64,000 nucleotides of DNA from Yuukianura sp. NJ FZ-2021. Taxonomy: Eukaryota. Every line of letters begins with the position of its first letter. Positions within the stretch are counted from its first letter, which is position 1. Under the pieces are notes generated by a model. The model was given only the letters and a program-made list of their open reading frames with translations, did not search any database and was not told the origin of the DNA. Below are positions 27,001 to 40,300 of this stretch, in pieces. A program made the position numbers and the translations under genes. Location: assembly GCA_046563655.1 (NCBI GenBank), contig CM102285.1, positions 12,772,001 through 12,836,000 on the forward strand, read 5' to 3'.

Positions 27001-28314
27001 ACACTGCTTCCATTCTGAAAAAAAAATTGCTGAAAATTCTACAATTTTGAATGTCCTAACCACAGTTGACTGACTGATGTAGTGAGAAAGACTTTTAGAC
27101 TGTCAACGCTTACTGAATAAAATATACTACTAATTAATTACTGATTAATTAATTAAAGTATTCATAATATTATATGTTAATTAGCACCTCCATCTCACCT
27201 CAAATTTGAGTGTAAGTCATACACTTGAACGAGTAAGGCTGGATCTGGTGGTTGTGAAGACGTCGAGGAATTGGTCGCATTTTCCCCCGATGAAGACAGG
27301 GTCACACAACCTAGTTAATTAAAACTTAATTAATGTCAGTTTACATTGAAATCGAAATTAGTTTAAAGTTATAACCAAAAATAAGTGAAGTTTTGATTCT
27401 AAAGTGCTTCAATTTTTCCCCTTTCAACTGAGTTTTATAATTCTTCATGTAATATTTTTCATTTTCGGATGACTCAACCTTTGACCTCCCATTGACATTT
27501 ACTAGTACTCGGAAACTTTTACAGTTGTTGGATTTATGTGTATCAATAGGATTCCTATTTTTTGAAACCTAAACTTAGTTCTCCAGAGGCTGGAAATGGC
27601 AGGGTGAAAGTCCAGAGTTAAGTGGCTCTTTCCCCAGTACTTCCGCCCTCTTAAAAACTTTCTTTCCGCCTCTTCCCATAAGATCACTTTCACTTTTCAC
27701 AGGATTTACACAAAAGTTTCAGTTTAGAGCAGAGGAAGCGACCAACTTGAGTCTTACAGTTCAGCTACAGGAAGAGGTCACGACTCGTAAATAAGTAAAG
27801 TCAGAGGAAAAAGCGGGAGCTTTTGTGTCCTAAAATAATAATTATGCTTTCCATACCCTAAGTTCAAGTACTCCTCACATTAAGATAGTGTCAACGACCA
27901 GGCTTCGCATTGATTTAGACTTCCTCAGTCCTTAACTCTTAACTTCTAAGTTAAGGACGAGTAGTCCTTGTTTACACTCGACCTATTTATCTTTTCACCC
28001 TTAGTTTTCAACTGGAAAGTTAAGGCCTGGCGACAGAAAGTTGAGAGTTAAGGCTTGTGATTTTGGTCCTTTCGTGCGCTTCACATAACTTCTAGAGCAG
28101 TGTTTAACGAAGCAGGGACCTTAAGCGACGGGGCGGGATAACAACAACGATGAGAAGATGAAAAAGTCAACTGGGATGGTTCGGTTCAGTTCAGATCTGA
28201 AGACATTTTAAGGTCAAAGAGGTCAACTTTTACTTTTTTTGTGGAGGAAAAGCGGAAAGACTTACTTGGTGACAGAAGGAGGAGAAGAGACAGAAACGCT
28301 GAAGTCTCAGTCAT
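21062..28314 (-). CDS. dpr: Dpr (defective proboscis extension response) family two-Ig, probably GPI-anchored protein, 7 coding exons, 312 aa; resembles the dpr14/dpr20 subgroup
   Basis: Exons 28314-28266, 27310-27199, 26610-26490, 25023-24810, 24011-23922, 22466-22248, 21195-21062 (939 nt, in phase). Signal peptide MTETSAFLSLLLLLSP; Ig1 WGPHFE..LDCRVG..VSWVRR..LLTLG..YPNNWRL..DSGTYLCQISTHPP; Ig2 YKEGSTLNLTC..RGGVSIKT..DGGTYLC; GENPA linker and hydrophobic C-terminal tail. Subgroup assignment from recalled motifs only. Confidence 0.9.
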
Positions 28315-31300
28315 AATCCATTAAAGCTCTACGTTCATCTTCTTCTTTCCTGAAATCAAAACAAGATTGACCAAAATCAAGACGTTTGAAGAGCTCATTT
28401 GAACACGTTTGAACACAAGTTGAAAGAAGGGTGGGAAGATGAAGATGAGCTGAGGAGAAAGTGGATACTTCAGCCCCAATGAATAATTTATTGACTCCTG
28501 TCTCTTGTGTGTATCTCGGCTTGTTCTAATCCGGACGCGGAGGCTAACCAATATTCCAAGGGAGTTGGTTGGTTGGAGGATTTCCCAAAATGCATTTTGA
28601 AGTTCAAAGTGCGTGAGGCCTAGGAATCTGCATTGAGCGCGAGTCTTTTGGGACATTTTGAAATTTAGGAAACCTTAAAGTGGGAAGAGAGAAAGTCTCC
28701 TTGGGGGACTTTCTCCTCTGACTTTCTTATTTTACAACTTGAAAATTCAATTCAAATCCAATGTAAAGTAGGGAACTGAGATTTGGAGATTTTGTTTCCT
28801 AAAATGAATCCAATCCGCTTACAAATCACTTTCACTTTGACTTATGTCAATCTCGGAGCAAGTTAAAGCGAAACTACCAAAAAAAATGAGAAGAAAAGAA
28901 GAAATTGGATTAGAAATCTTGAAATAAATTAAAATGTTCAAGCTCGATTTGAATTGTTTGAAAATTCAAAACCACATTGGAGCTTTCTCTAAAGTGAAAG
29001 TGAAATGGAACCAGAACCGCTAAATAGTGCTTCTGTGCTAATTTTTCAAAAAATTCTTTTTATGTGTCAAAAACGCCAAAACGATCAACTTGCAATTAAC
29101 GACAAAGTGATTATTGAAGCGTACACTAAGCATTGATGTTGAAACACGCCAAACCGAGCTGCTGCTGGTACTGTTTCTAGAGTCGTCGCTCGAACTTTTT
29201 TTTTGAAAAACTTTCTTTTTGTGTGAACCTCTACCGCAACCGTGTGAGAAAGAAAAACAGGCCCTTAGGCTTGAACAAACTTTGCAGTTAATTGTGTGTA
29301 TACTGCGACGACTCTGTAAACGGTAACGGTAGGAGGGAAGTCGGAACTTCAAAGTAGAAAACTCACCGATTCTAGGAAGATGCTACAACTTTCTACCACT
29401 TTTTCAGCAAAGGTTCATGTTAACATGCGACGTTTGTCTTATTATCATAGGGGTCAATTACCCACAAGGGACATGAGGGGCGATTTGGTCCAGAACACAA
29501 ACATTGGAACTTATCCAGGAAAAAAATCCAGACCACGTGGCTTGTTATTTTCAAATTTTGGTTAGAACTTTGATTTTTGTGGTACTTTTAAATGCTAGAC
29601 AGAACGCGCATTTCTTTTTACTAGTAAAATTTGGTATGATTTTTAAGAAAAATTGTTAAATTGTAATTATTTAAATTCCGCGGCTGGCCCAAATTTAAGT
29701 TTTAATTTATTGCGTATATCAAAGCACTCTTCTTTTTTTGGGGTAATTTATGACCAGACGGTCCTTGTCACATGTAGTTGTGAATAGAGGTCAAAAGGTT
29801 ATTTTCTTTTCAGTTTGAAGCCAAAACCCGAGATTTGAGTTCAGTAGGACTAAAGTTTGCCTAGGAGGAATAATTTATTAGTGCTTTTGAGTTGGCATAC
29901 CTTCAAAAAATTGTGTGTTCCAGCCTTGTGATTATGAGGGGTAATCTGATTCCTATCGCAAGCAAGAAGAAGAATAGAAGAAGGTTCTACCCGCCAAAAA
30001 AGCAAAGAAAAACCACAAAATCCTCTTCATTCCCATTACACTGCCTTGCTGCCCTTTTTTAATACGCAGGAAGAACCTGTCATTTTGCCAAAAAACTAAC
30101 TCGGCACAAAACCCTTAAGAAAAGCTTAAGCTCTCTCCATTTTCCCGCCAAAAATCCAAAAACCCACCAGGGGGAAAAATTGGCAAAAACGTGATTTGCA
30201 ATAGAGATAGAATTTAGTACCGACGAAAGGAGCGTTTAAGTTTTTTGGCCTTTGCCTTTCTCCTTTCGTAGTCGTAGGTTTTTAGTCGTCGTAAAGTAAG
30301 TGGCTTGATATTGCCAAAATTTTATTATTCAGGAGTTGCCGTTACAAGGGCTAATAATGTATTCCGCCCATTCATGATCCTGACTTTGATTAACATCTTC
30401 TTTTAAACCCGCCTGATCTCAGTTCAAAGGGAGAAAGTTAGAAAAAAGCGAGGGGAAAGTTTCGCACTTTTTTGAATTTACAAAACAGAACCAAGCCAAA
30501 AAAATTTTTTTCTCTTTTTTTTAAAGTGTCAATCTTTTCCGCTGAGTTTTGTTTGTAGTAGCGTCTTGGTCTTAACGTCTCCCCATAGTCCTACTTTTTT
30601 TAAGATTTGGGAAAAATTTAACACTCAAAAAAACTTTGGTAGTTAGCACACTTTCTGCCTTGAAGTGAAAGAATGAAGGAACTTCTCAGTCATTCTGTCC
30701 GCTACGTCTGCCACTCCTTCACAAACTGTCTTTTTTGCGTCCTCATTTGAAAATCTCAGAAATTGTTCTTCGTCAGATCGTTTGTGAAAGTCTTGTGAAA
30801 GAAGAAAAACGAGAGCAGAACGGTAGTCAAAAAAAAGTTTGGCGGCTACTTTTGGATGCTTGGGCAAGATGAAAACTTTTTCTCCTACAAGAAAAGTGGC
30901 TTTTTTGGAGAGTTGCATTCATTTGCGTAATAAATTGCTCGTTAAGGTTGATTAGTTTACCCTGTTTTCTTCCAGTTTGCAAATTCAAACACTAGACAAA
31001 CGAAAATGAACCACTTTTTAGCCAAACTAACTAACATTTGTTCTACCTTTTTGTTCTAAACCAAGGAATTTCAATTTGGAGCGCTCAAAATGGAATTGAA
31101 AATGAAAAGTTCTGTTTTTCCAAGAAAATTTGTGTCCACATAATTGGATTTTGGCTCAAAAAATTCAGAAACGAGTTGGCCAAGGTAGGATTTAGGACCG
31201 AGTCAACCGAAATGACTGCAGCAATTTACTGTTTTTGTACCTTTGTGCTTAAAACTCAGCTATTTACTGCTTTTCAGACCAACAGTAAGCACTACTAGGG

Positions 31301-34300
31301 AAGTGAACAATGTTGTTCCAGTTCCCTGCTGAAGATTAATTAGATACTTTCAGGTTGCAGGAAAAGGTGGAGGGAAAAGGCAAAGAGAAAGCTGGATTTG
31401 AACCTCAATTTGTTTCCGGTGTAGAGGTTTTTTGCCTTAAGTCTTGTTGAACACTTCACTTCCATATAGGTTCAATGGGAATATTACTGAGAGTCGACAC
31501 TACAGAAAAATGAACCGAAATTTATTTCAAAAGTGCTTTTCTTCTTTTCTTACTAACCGAAAAGAAAAGCTGAGGAAAAAATGTCATGAAAGTGAATTGG
31601 AATGCATTTGGTGGCACTTTACACAAGAAGAATCTACTACGGGGAATAAAGCTTTTCCTTCACAGCTTTCTCCCTGAAGACTTTCACACAAAAAAGTCAG
31701 CCTCCAGCTTACGTTTTGTTCCGAATGTAAAATGAGGCAATGAGACATTTCTTTATTCGAATTGAACAAGTACAGAGTGGTTGCTACGTTTTTGGAAGAA
31801 AAAACTTTCCAAATTTTGGAATTGCTTCTCTTTTGAATACGACCAGATCAGAGAGTCTTGCATTGGTTCAGAATTTGAAGTGACATTTTAACCTAACCTT
31901 CCCTGACTTTTACTTTTTCGAAAAACAACAATGAATTTTCTTCAGTTGGTCTTGCAGTGGAGTGCTTTACTAAAGCAAACCTTGCTTTCACTTAAAAAAC
32001 GACTTTGCAGTGATGTTCTTGCTTTGGCAGCTTTTACGTAACTTTTTTCTGAAAATTGTGAACCACACTGTACATTCCGCTAGTACTTTTTTGACTTGGA
32101 AAAAACTAAAATCTGTTTTCCCTCGGATCCTATCCCACTTTTTGCTTCCTGTGAAGATTCAAATGGTGAAAGTTGAAATGGCCCTCCATCACGTTTGTTG
32201 GATTCTGTCCAAAACAATGGGTTGTTCCATTTGGCCATATCCAGGACTTTTCACACTCTTCGAAATTATTCAACAATAATTGTACCTCTACGCCCATTCT
32301 AAATGTCCTCTCCATTCTGATCATAGGGTGATGGCACCACCTTCGGTTAGTTTTAGAAAGAAGAGTAATGGGCTCTCCAAGAGGGAGATAATAGACGCTT
32401 CTATCTTTCGGCATTTGAGAATGAATTTTTTAAGTGCACCCAAACACACTATACAGCCATCTTCAAAATGGCGCCTAGAACCTAAATCCTAGTAAACTTA
32501 TTGGAGTCTTGTTCAGAGATAGACGGAAAGCTCCTCTCCTAAACCTATTTAGACGTTGAGAGTCGTAAAAGTCTAGAGCAGATTTTATATCTAGGGCATG
32601 TTCTATCTTTATAGGGAAAGCAGAAGTGAAAGTCAACCTTACAACTTCCATAGTAGTTTCAAAGACCTTAAAATCCCTTCTGCTTCAAAAGAACATGTTA
32701 TGTACAGGAAATAAATTTGGGTTTGACGCTTCAAAAAGCACTGGAGGCACTTTCGAATTTACTTTCACTCGAAACAGGCTTTGGCTTTAAGGTTTTGGAA
32801 ACAAATGACGCAGAGCACGGCAGGAAATATTTGTCACAGGTTTAAAACAAGCTTTTACTTTCAGTTTTGAAAAGGAAAATCGTGAACTTCCTGTTTTTGT
32901 GGGACTTAGTGCAAATAGAGAGATTTTCAAAATTTTGTGAGCTTTTGTCTAAATTAATAAATCACTGTACCTTGTATGACTTTTCGGAGAACTTGAATTT
33001 AAATGAGAGAAATGCGTGTGTGGAGACTAATTTTCGAGATGATTAAGGTCCTTTATAACCTACAAATTTTAAATTATGTCAAAATCATAAGTCACAGCAG
33101 TAATTGTCCCAATCTGAAGTGAGAAAAGCTTCTTAGCTGTGAACTAATCCAAAGTTGTGCTGCAACAAAATGAACTAAAGACTCCAAAAACAGCAACAAT
33201 TTTGAAAACCGAGAAACAGGAAAGCCAACCTACCGCCTACGGCTTTCTAATCTGTGACAAATCTATTCAGTCCGACCTGTCTAACAGTTTTCTTTTGATC
33301 AACTTATTTTTACATGATGAAGGGTCACTCGAAGCAAATTTTGAAAATTCGTGAAATATTTTCATTAGAGTTTTGTTGTTTTAAGGCACTTTTGACTTCC
33401 TTTGACTTTAGGAAAGTTTGTCACAGCGGGATTTTTGACGAATTCATTAAGAAAAGTGGGGAGAAAAAAGAATTTGGAAAAAAGAAAGTGAATTGGAGAA
33501 AGTCTGCTAGAAAAAAGCGAACGTGTTTGGAATTTTGAGCTTAAATTCGTCAGACAATTCAATCCAGAAGGCAAAGCGATACAGTTTCAAAGGAATCTCT
33601 CGGTTCAGAATTCCAACGAAAAACCTGCACTGGGTTCAGGATTGAGAAGACGCAATGCACCCAGGAGCGAACTAAATCTGCAGTCTATTCCAGTCAATGC
33701 AGTAACTTTTCAATTCATTCACAAAAACAATCAAGTTTACACTTTCTTTAAAAAAAAAAACAACAAGTTAAATCAAATGAAACAAATTTCAACCTAAATT
33801 AAAAGTTCACCAATCAACAAGACTAAACATTCCCAAGAAAACTGAAAACATCTTAAGCATTCTCTCATTCACTTTCTACACAAATATTTTCCAGCGATGG
33901 CGATATTTGGTGAAATTTTTTTTCGAAAAACTTTTTTTAATTTTGAAATCTCAAACTTTCTCTGCCCTTGTTCCCCTGCGTGTCTGTTTGAATTTGCTGA
34001 AAGTACGTTTTTTGACTATTTGATTGTCAATAGGAAGCTAGACAGCAAAGAACGCGAGGGAGAAAGTCCGTGGCGGGAAGATTCGTTTCAAAACGGCTTC
34101 GTAATGGAAACGTGTCCGTCTTTCTTGACACAAAAGTTTCTCCAACTGCAACAACCTCCCTAAGACTTCATTTGTACTCAAGTCCAGAACTGCCCTTTAT
34201 GTTCCTATTTGAACAGACTTCTCTCTCTTCTTTTTTTAGAAAACGGAGTTCAAACAGCTTTACTTTTTCCAAAAAAAACTAAGCTACGGACCCCGTTTCC

Positions 34301-37300
34301 ATCATCATCCCAATAGGCTACTTACGCTTTCTCGGATTTTAAACTGGACTTTCTCCACTGAGTTTCCAAATGTATTTGACCTTCGACCTCAGTTTGGTTT
34401 CAAACACGTTCTAGTTTTAAAACCAAAAGAAAATACTGTGTTTCAAATTTAGAAAAAATTCAAAACGCGTCCTCTCGTTAAAATTTTTAGGAGAAAGTTC
34501 AAGCTGCTCTGGCTTTCTCTCTGTATTTTTTTTTCTGAATCGGGCTTATCCGGCGGAAAAACTTTTATTCTGTTTTAAAACTTTTCATTTTCAGACTTCC
34601 TCAGCTCATCTTTTGTTCTGAATAAGTTAAAATTTTTAGATTTCCATTTTGGAAAGAGCCAAACCTAACCAAGGTTAGATTTTGTAAACATGTATTTACG
34701 CAAGTTTTGAAAACACTCAACCTCCCGCTGGTCCGCCTTGGAGCGAAAGACGAAAACACTGAATAAACCAAGAGGCTTTCTTAACTCCCTGGTCTCATTC
34801 CATATGCATCCCACATATTTAGTAACTAGGTTCTTCATATCTTTGATTTCCAATGCAGAGCTGGCCTTTGGAAATTTTGGACAAAAACTTTTTAAAAACT
34901 TTCCTTTTCCTTTAAAAAGTTAACTTATTTCTTATTTCTCTAGAGATTTGGCTGGTGAGCTCGCAAGGCAACTTTCTCCTTGAAAAACCAAAAGTCGAAG
35001 ATGACTTCGGAAATCCACTTCTTCGGAAACCAAACTTTTCACCTTAGCCCTCGATTACTATTCATGAAACATATTTCAATTTTTTACATGCTTTAGGCAA
35101 TTTCCACTTTCTAAAGCACCTAACTAACTGACTCAAAAAAGGAAATTGCGTTTGTTTATTTTTAATTTTGAGTTAACTTTTCTTGAAAAACTTACTTTCA
35201 CTCTTTTTGAAAATTGTGTCTATTTATTTTCTTAAACTACGCAGATCGATTCCTAATAATTAAGGAACTCACTGAATCGAAACGGAAAAGTCAAGATGTT
35301 GTGAAAATGGGATTCAGGAGGTTCAAGAAAATTAGCTTTTGGTTAGAACGTGATTGGATGGGAGGTGACTGAAAGTCACACTTTCGTTTTGTTTGTCAGT
35401 GGATTAGTTACTCCCGCCACTAATGTTTCAGTGGATTCAGTGATTTGATCTGATAGGACAGACAACTGAGGAGTGAAAGTGAGAAGAAAGTCACTGCCAA
35501 CCGACATCAGTAAAAGCGACAAATTTCAGGGTTTTCGGGGAGCTGCACAAAATACCCGAAAAGTTTGAACCGAAATTGGACTTTCTCCGAGCTTTTTACG
35601 GCGTCTTTGTTAGTTTTGCACCCGGCTATTTAAGCACTCGACACAACCATATACAGAAAAACTGAAAATTCTGAAATTTCGAAAAACTGAAAAACTTGAA
35701 AAATGGTAGCACAAAAGTTATGGTTTCTGGAGAGGTTAAGAATTGCCTGTGAAAGTCCGTTTCTCAAAACGTTACATTGTATGAATAGTAAGCAAAACAT
35801 GAAGGAAACTGCTCATCGTTAACTTTTATTACTCTGTTTATTCTATTTTTTATTTACTTTGTGCTTTTTCTGTGCTCCAAGTGCATCTGAGTTTATAATT
35901 TTTCATTTTTAGTACCTTGTATTATTATTTATTGAGATAACTTTGAAAATTTAGGAGACAAATCAGAAGTGCATTGCAGTGAAAGTTTGAAACTGATTCT
36001 TTTTAAAGTCACAGAACAGAGAGAATTTGCCAGTTCTTTCTCCTCACAAATCCTAAAAGTTTTGAACAAAGTGTTTCTTTCTCCTGAATTTTGAATAAGT
36101 TCTGTTTAAATTTATGTGAAACCTAAATAAAGTAGCCGACTCCGCCTTAACCCTTAAAATTTGTAAGAGTGTCATAAAAAAGAAGCTTTTAGACTGCGAC
36201 TGGAGCACTTAATAATCAGGGAACGTCAAAGTTATGAATGAAATGCGGGTAATGGATTGTTATTTGCAGAAATCAGTTTGCCATGTAACACTTTTAGCAT
36301 AAAATGTATCACTCAAATTCAATTTTGGTCGTTCAACAACATTTCCAGTTTTGCACAACAAAAATCAACTTAAAATTTAAAGCGCTATGGTTCGTTTTTA
36401 AACATGAACGAACGGTAAATGCGAATTCTTGTTAAAATTAAAACTGTTTATGAATTCAAAAGGCCAAAACGATTAGAAAACAGCAAAAAAAGTTTTTTTT
36501 GCGAGTCCCTGGGAGAAAGGAATCCAGTGAAAGTTAATTACTTTTAAGTGTCCAGAAAAAGAAAACAGAGACAAAAATTCATTGCTTAAAAATGAATTTA
36601 GGAGATCAGTGTTATTTAAAACACTAGAAATCCAATTTAAAGCGTTCTTCTTGGCATTAGAAAATACTAGTTTTCGCAAAACCGTTTCCGTTTAAATTTT
36701 GTGCCAAGTTTGCTTAGGTATTTGGCACTTGAGTTAAAACAGAAGAAAGGCAGAGGTAGACCCTGATCCAGAAACTTATCACAAATTTTCACCGAAATGG
36801 AAAAGGAAAACAGAGAAAGGGTTGAGTCAGGTATGCAAATTGTATTTAAACTTCTGGATGGAGAGGCAGCTTTGGTGAAAAACTTTTAGTTTTCCGTGTA
36901 GAAAGCAACTTTCAAATCCACCAGTTTCTGTTACTCCCTTGAAATGGAATCCTCACTGTTCCGCAATTGTATTTTTGTCTACTCCTTCCAACTTTCACCT
37001 AAAAGATGATGCTGACTTTCACTTTTGTGTGAAGATACACTCTACATTTTCTAGTTTTGAGCGCTGCAACTTTTAAGTCAAGATGCTCCTTAACAGATCA
37101 TAGTTTCTCATTTATCACTTTTTACTGAAAATGATCCTACTTTTGACAATGATCCCAAAAGTTTTTGGTTTTGTAAAATTTTCAACTTTTTGCAAAAGAT
37201 TCAGCCACTATAATTTCAAGTTTTCTGAAATTGTTTTGTTACGAAAAGATTCTGCTAGGAGATCTTCAACTTTCACGAGATTCGTCACTTTCACTCAACT

Positions 37301-40300
37301 TTGCTATTTTTGGTGGAGATGCTGCTTTGCAGATATTTCAAGTTTCGCGTGTTTACTGCTATACCGCCTAGTTTAGTATTGTTTGCTACTTTTATAAAAA
37401 TTGCCGCTAGATCTTCTAGTTTTGTGTTCACTTTTAGAGCAGATAGTGCTAAGATGTTTGTACATTTCGGGTAGATTGTAAAAGATGCTGGTTCTCCTAC
37501 GAAAGGAAAAGAACTTAAGTGTTTCTTAGGTTCTAAAACCACAAATAAAATTGGGATGTAGAGGATGTTGAGAGATGTTCAGCTGAGGATGATAGACAGA
37601 ACAAAGGGCTGGATGAATCAACAAGACGCTGGAGAAAATGGTAGCGCGGAAGAGGAGAAACATGTCAACACGGTTCTCACGGTTTCTATTTCTATTTTTC
37701 CCATTACTTACAGTAGTTGGACTCTTTATTCCTAAGTATTTCGGATAGATTTTCCTATAACTCGCTTCTCAAAGTGTGCCAAATTGAATTTCAGCATATC
37801 CGCTTCTCTCTTTTTCTATCATTGTTTCTTCAACTTCTTTTCCTTTTTCGGATCCAACAAAAGTTCACGCAATTCAATAAAAAGAGAAAACTGAGAAGGC
37901 AGTTTTTCATAGACAAGCGACTAGACTAAAGACCCAGTTTTTTACAAAAAGAAAAAAAAAAGTTTGGAATAAAAAAAATGTTTTATTCCTTTGGAATTAT
38001 TTCTTAAAAGTAACTTTCTCCACAGAAAAAAAAAGATCCGCCTGAGTTATTTTTTGAATTCTTTCGTTTCGGATTAGGCTGTTTAGCGGAAATCTCGGAA
38101 TGCAGCTTAGCGAATTGAAAGTTTTAGTGTTTTCGTATTAAGTGACATTTGACTTTCCTTTAACTTTCACCCCACATCGATTATCAACTATGTGGCCCAT
38201 GCTATGCATCTCAGTCTAACTTATTTTGGGATTTTTGACTTAGAAGTTGTAGAAAAAACTAACGCAAATCAACCCTTCGTTTCGGGAATAAACAAATGAG
38301 TTTTGTAGTTATCGAGTACACGCTTTTCGAATTTCCATAAAAAAAAACAATACAAGCTATAGCCTATTTTTAAGTTTTGACGTTTTTGCAATTCAAATTT
38401 TGAAATTTTCTGAATCCAAAGAAACATTTTTGGTAAACTGTGTACAGTAGAATAACCAATACGGATATGTTTGCGGCTAAACAGTTCTTTGCTTTACATT
38501 GTCTTTGTACCGCTGGGCAATGGGTTACAAAAAATTTCACGATTTTTTCTGAAAACAAAGCCAAATTTGGTTTTTAGTTTGAAAACGTTGGCGTGAAGGA
38601 AAAGTTGAGACATGGGAGGCTGTAATGGAAGGATTATGGTCTTGTAGGAAATGAAAGTCACTTTCTCTCGTTTTTGCGTTTTTAGTGCAAAAAACGCTAG
38701 TTTCCCAAATGAAAACGCAGGATCACATAAATCCATCACTCTCTTGGCCACATCCTATTTTCTCAACTAAAACGCAAGAACTTTCAAAAATACAACGGCT
38801 TGTGTACTAACACAGAGATTTAAGTTCAAAACAAACCCAATTTCATTTAAAAATTTTCATTTTTCATCAAAAAAGGAACGAGAAAGGATTTTGTACTTTC
38901 AAAAAGCTGTTGAGCTTTCTTTTCTGAAAAAGAAAATATGTCAAAGAAAGCATTATGTTTAGCATAAGTTTGGTTCTGATTGATTACTTACAGGATTTCC
39001 AGCGACTGTTGTTCTTTTTCCAGCAGGTTGACAAAAAAAAGTCTAAAAATTGCAGAAGTTCATTGAAAAAAGTTGAAAACGAACCGTGAGAAAAGTTTTG
39101 GTTTGATTGAGTCCAAATGCACAGCGTTACGAGCCGGAGAAAGTCACATTTGTCTCAAACGTCACGAACTTTCCACCCCCTCATTCTCCTTTTACTTCTT
39201 TTTTCAATCAAAATCAGTGTCTCGTATTGACTGCTGGTTTTGTGGAATTGTGTACACTGGATCGATTCCTAGAGAGGTCCTTTTTGTCAAATTATCACAC
39301 TGTTCTATTTATGTTTCAATTGGAAAATCAATTCGTGAAACTTCTCTTTAGGAGTTACTTGGAATACAAGTTTGAAAAGTTTTGATTTAAAACAGGAGTG
39401 TTTTTTGTGTAAAACTTCCACTTTCTATCTCAACCTAACACTCGAATGTGTTCGAATATTTTTAAAACAATTACGTTCGAAGCATTTTTAGGCGGAAAAG
39501 TGTTAAACGTAATGTAAATGTAGTTTATTTTCAAGCAGTTTTTTTCTTGAAGTTAAGAAATTTTGAAATTCAGATTTCCAATTTGAGTTCTTCGAATTCT
39601 AAAAGCTGGGCTAATGAGAAGTGAAGGGCAGGAAGAGATGAACTTTCTCAGTGAAAGTCAGAATGCCGACTGAAGGGAGAAAGGAGTCTGCTGAGCCTGC
39701 AGCTTTCTCTGGAGTCGGGTATCTTCCACATCACAATGCACTTGTTCCACCCCCAAATCTATCACCACTACTCTCCCCTTTCAAAATTTCGAAATTTTCA
39801 AAAAAAAGAAAACAAAAAGAAATTTTGAACATAAGATTACTCAAAATATTGATCCTAACTACCAATCCCCAACTTCCAATGCACTATTTACCAAAACGAA
39901 CGTGGTTACTATCTTCGTTTGGTCGTTTGGCACATTTCACTTTCTCGGTTCGCTTACTTTCCATCTTCCCTCATCTTTTCCCTTCCCAAGGTTCATGTCA
40001 CGGACTCTGATTTTTATTAGGCAGAACAAAATAAACACTCCAATCATAAAACAATACAGTCTGGTCACTACTCATTTTCCAGACATAACTTTAACTCTAA
40101 CTAACATAACCTACGTCTTCCGTAATCAAAAAGCAGCAACAAACACAACAACAAATGTGAATTTTTTACTCTAAAGATCCATTTCTTTCTTCTTATAATT
40201 GTGAATATGATTCTTGTTTCCATAATTTCAAAAAAGAAAATTAAATAACTAAATTTTGAAAGTGTCAACATAACTTTCCTTTTGACTTTCACTTCGCAGA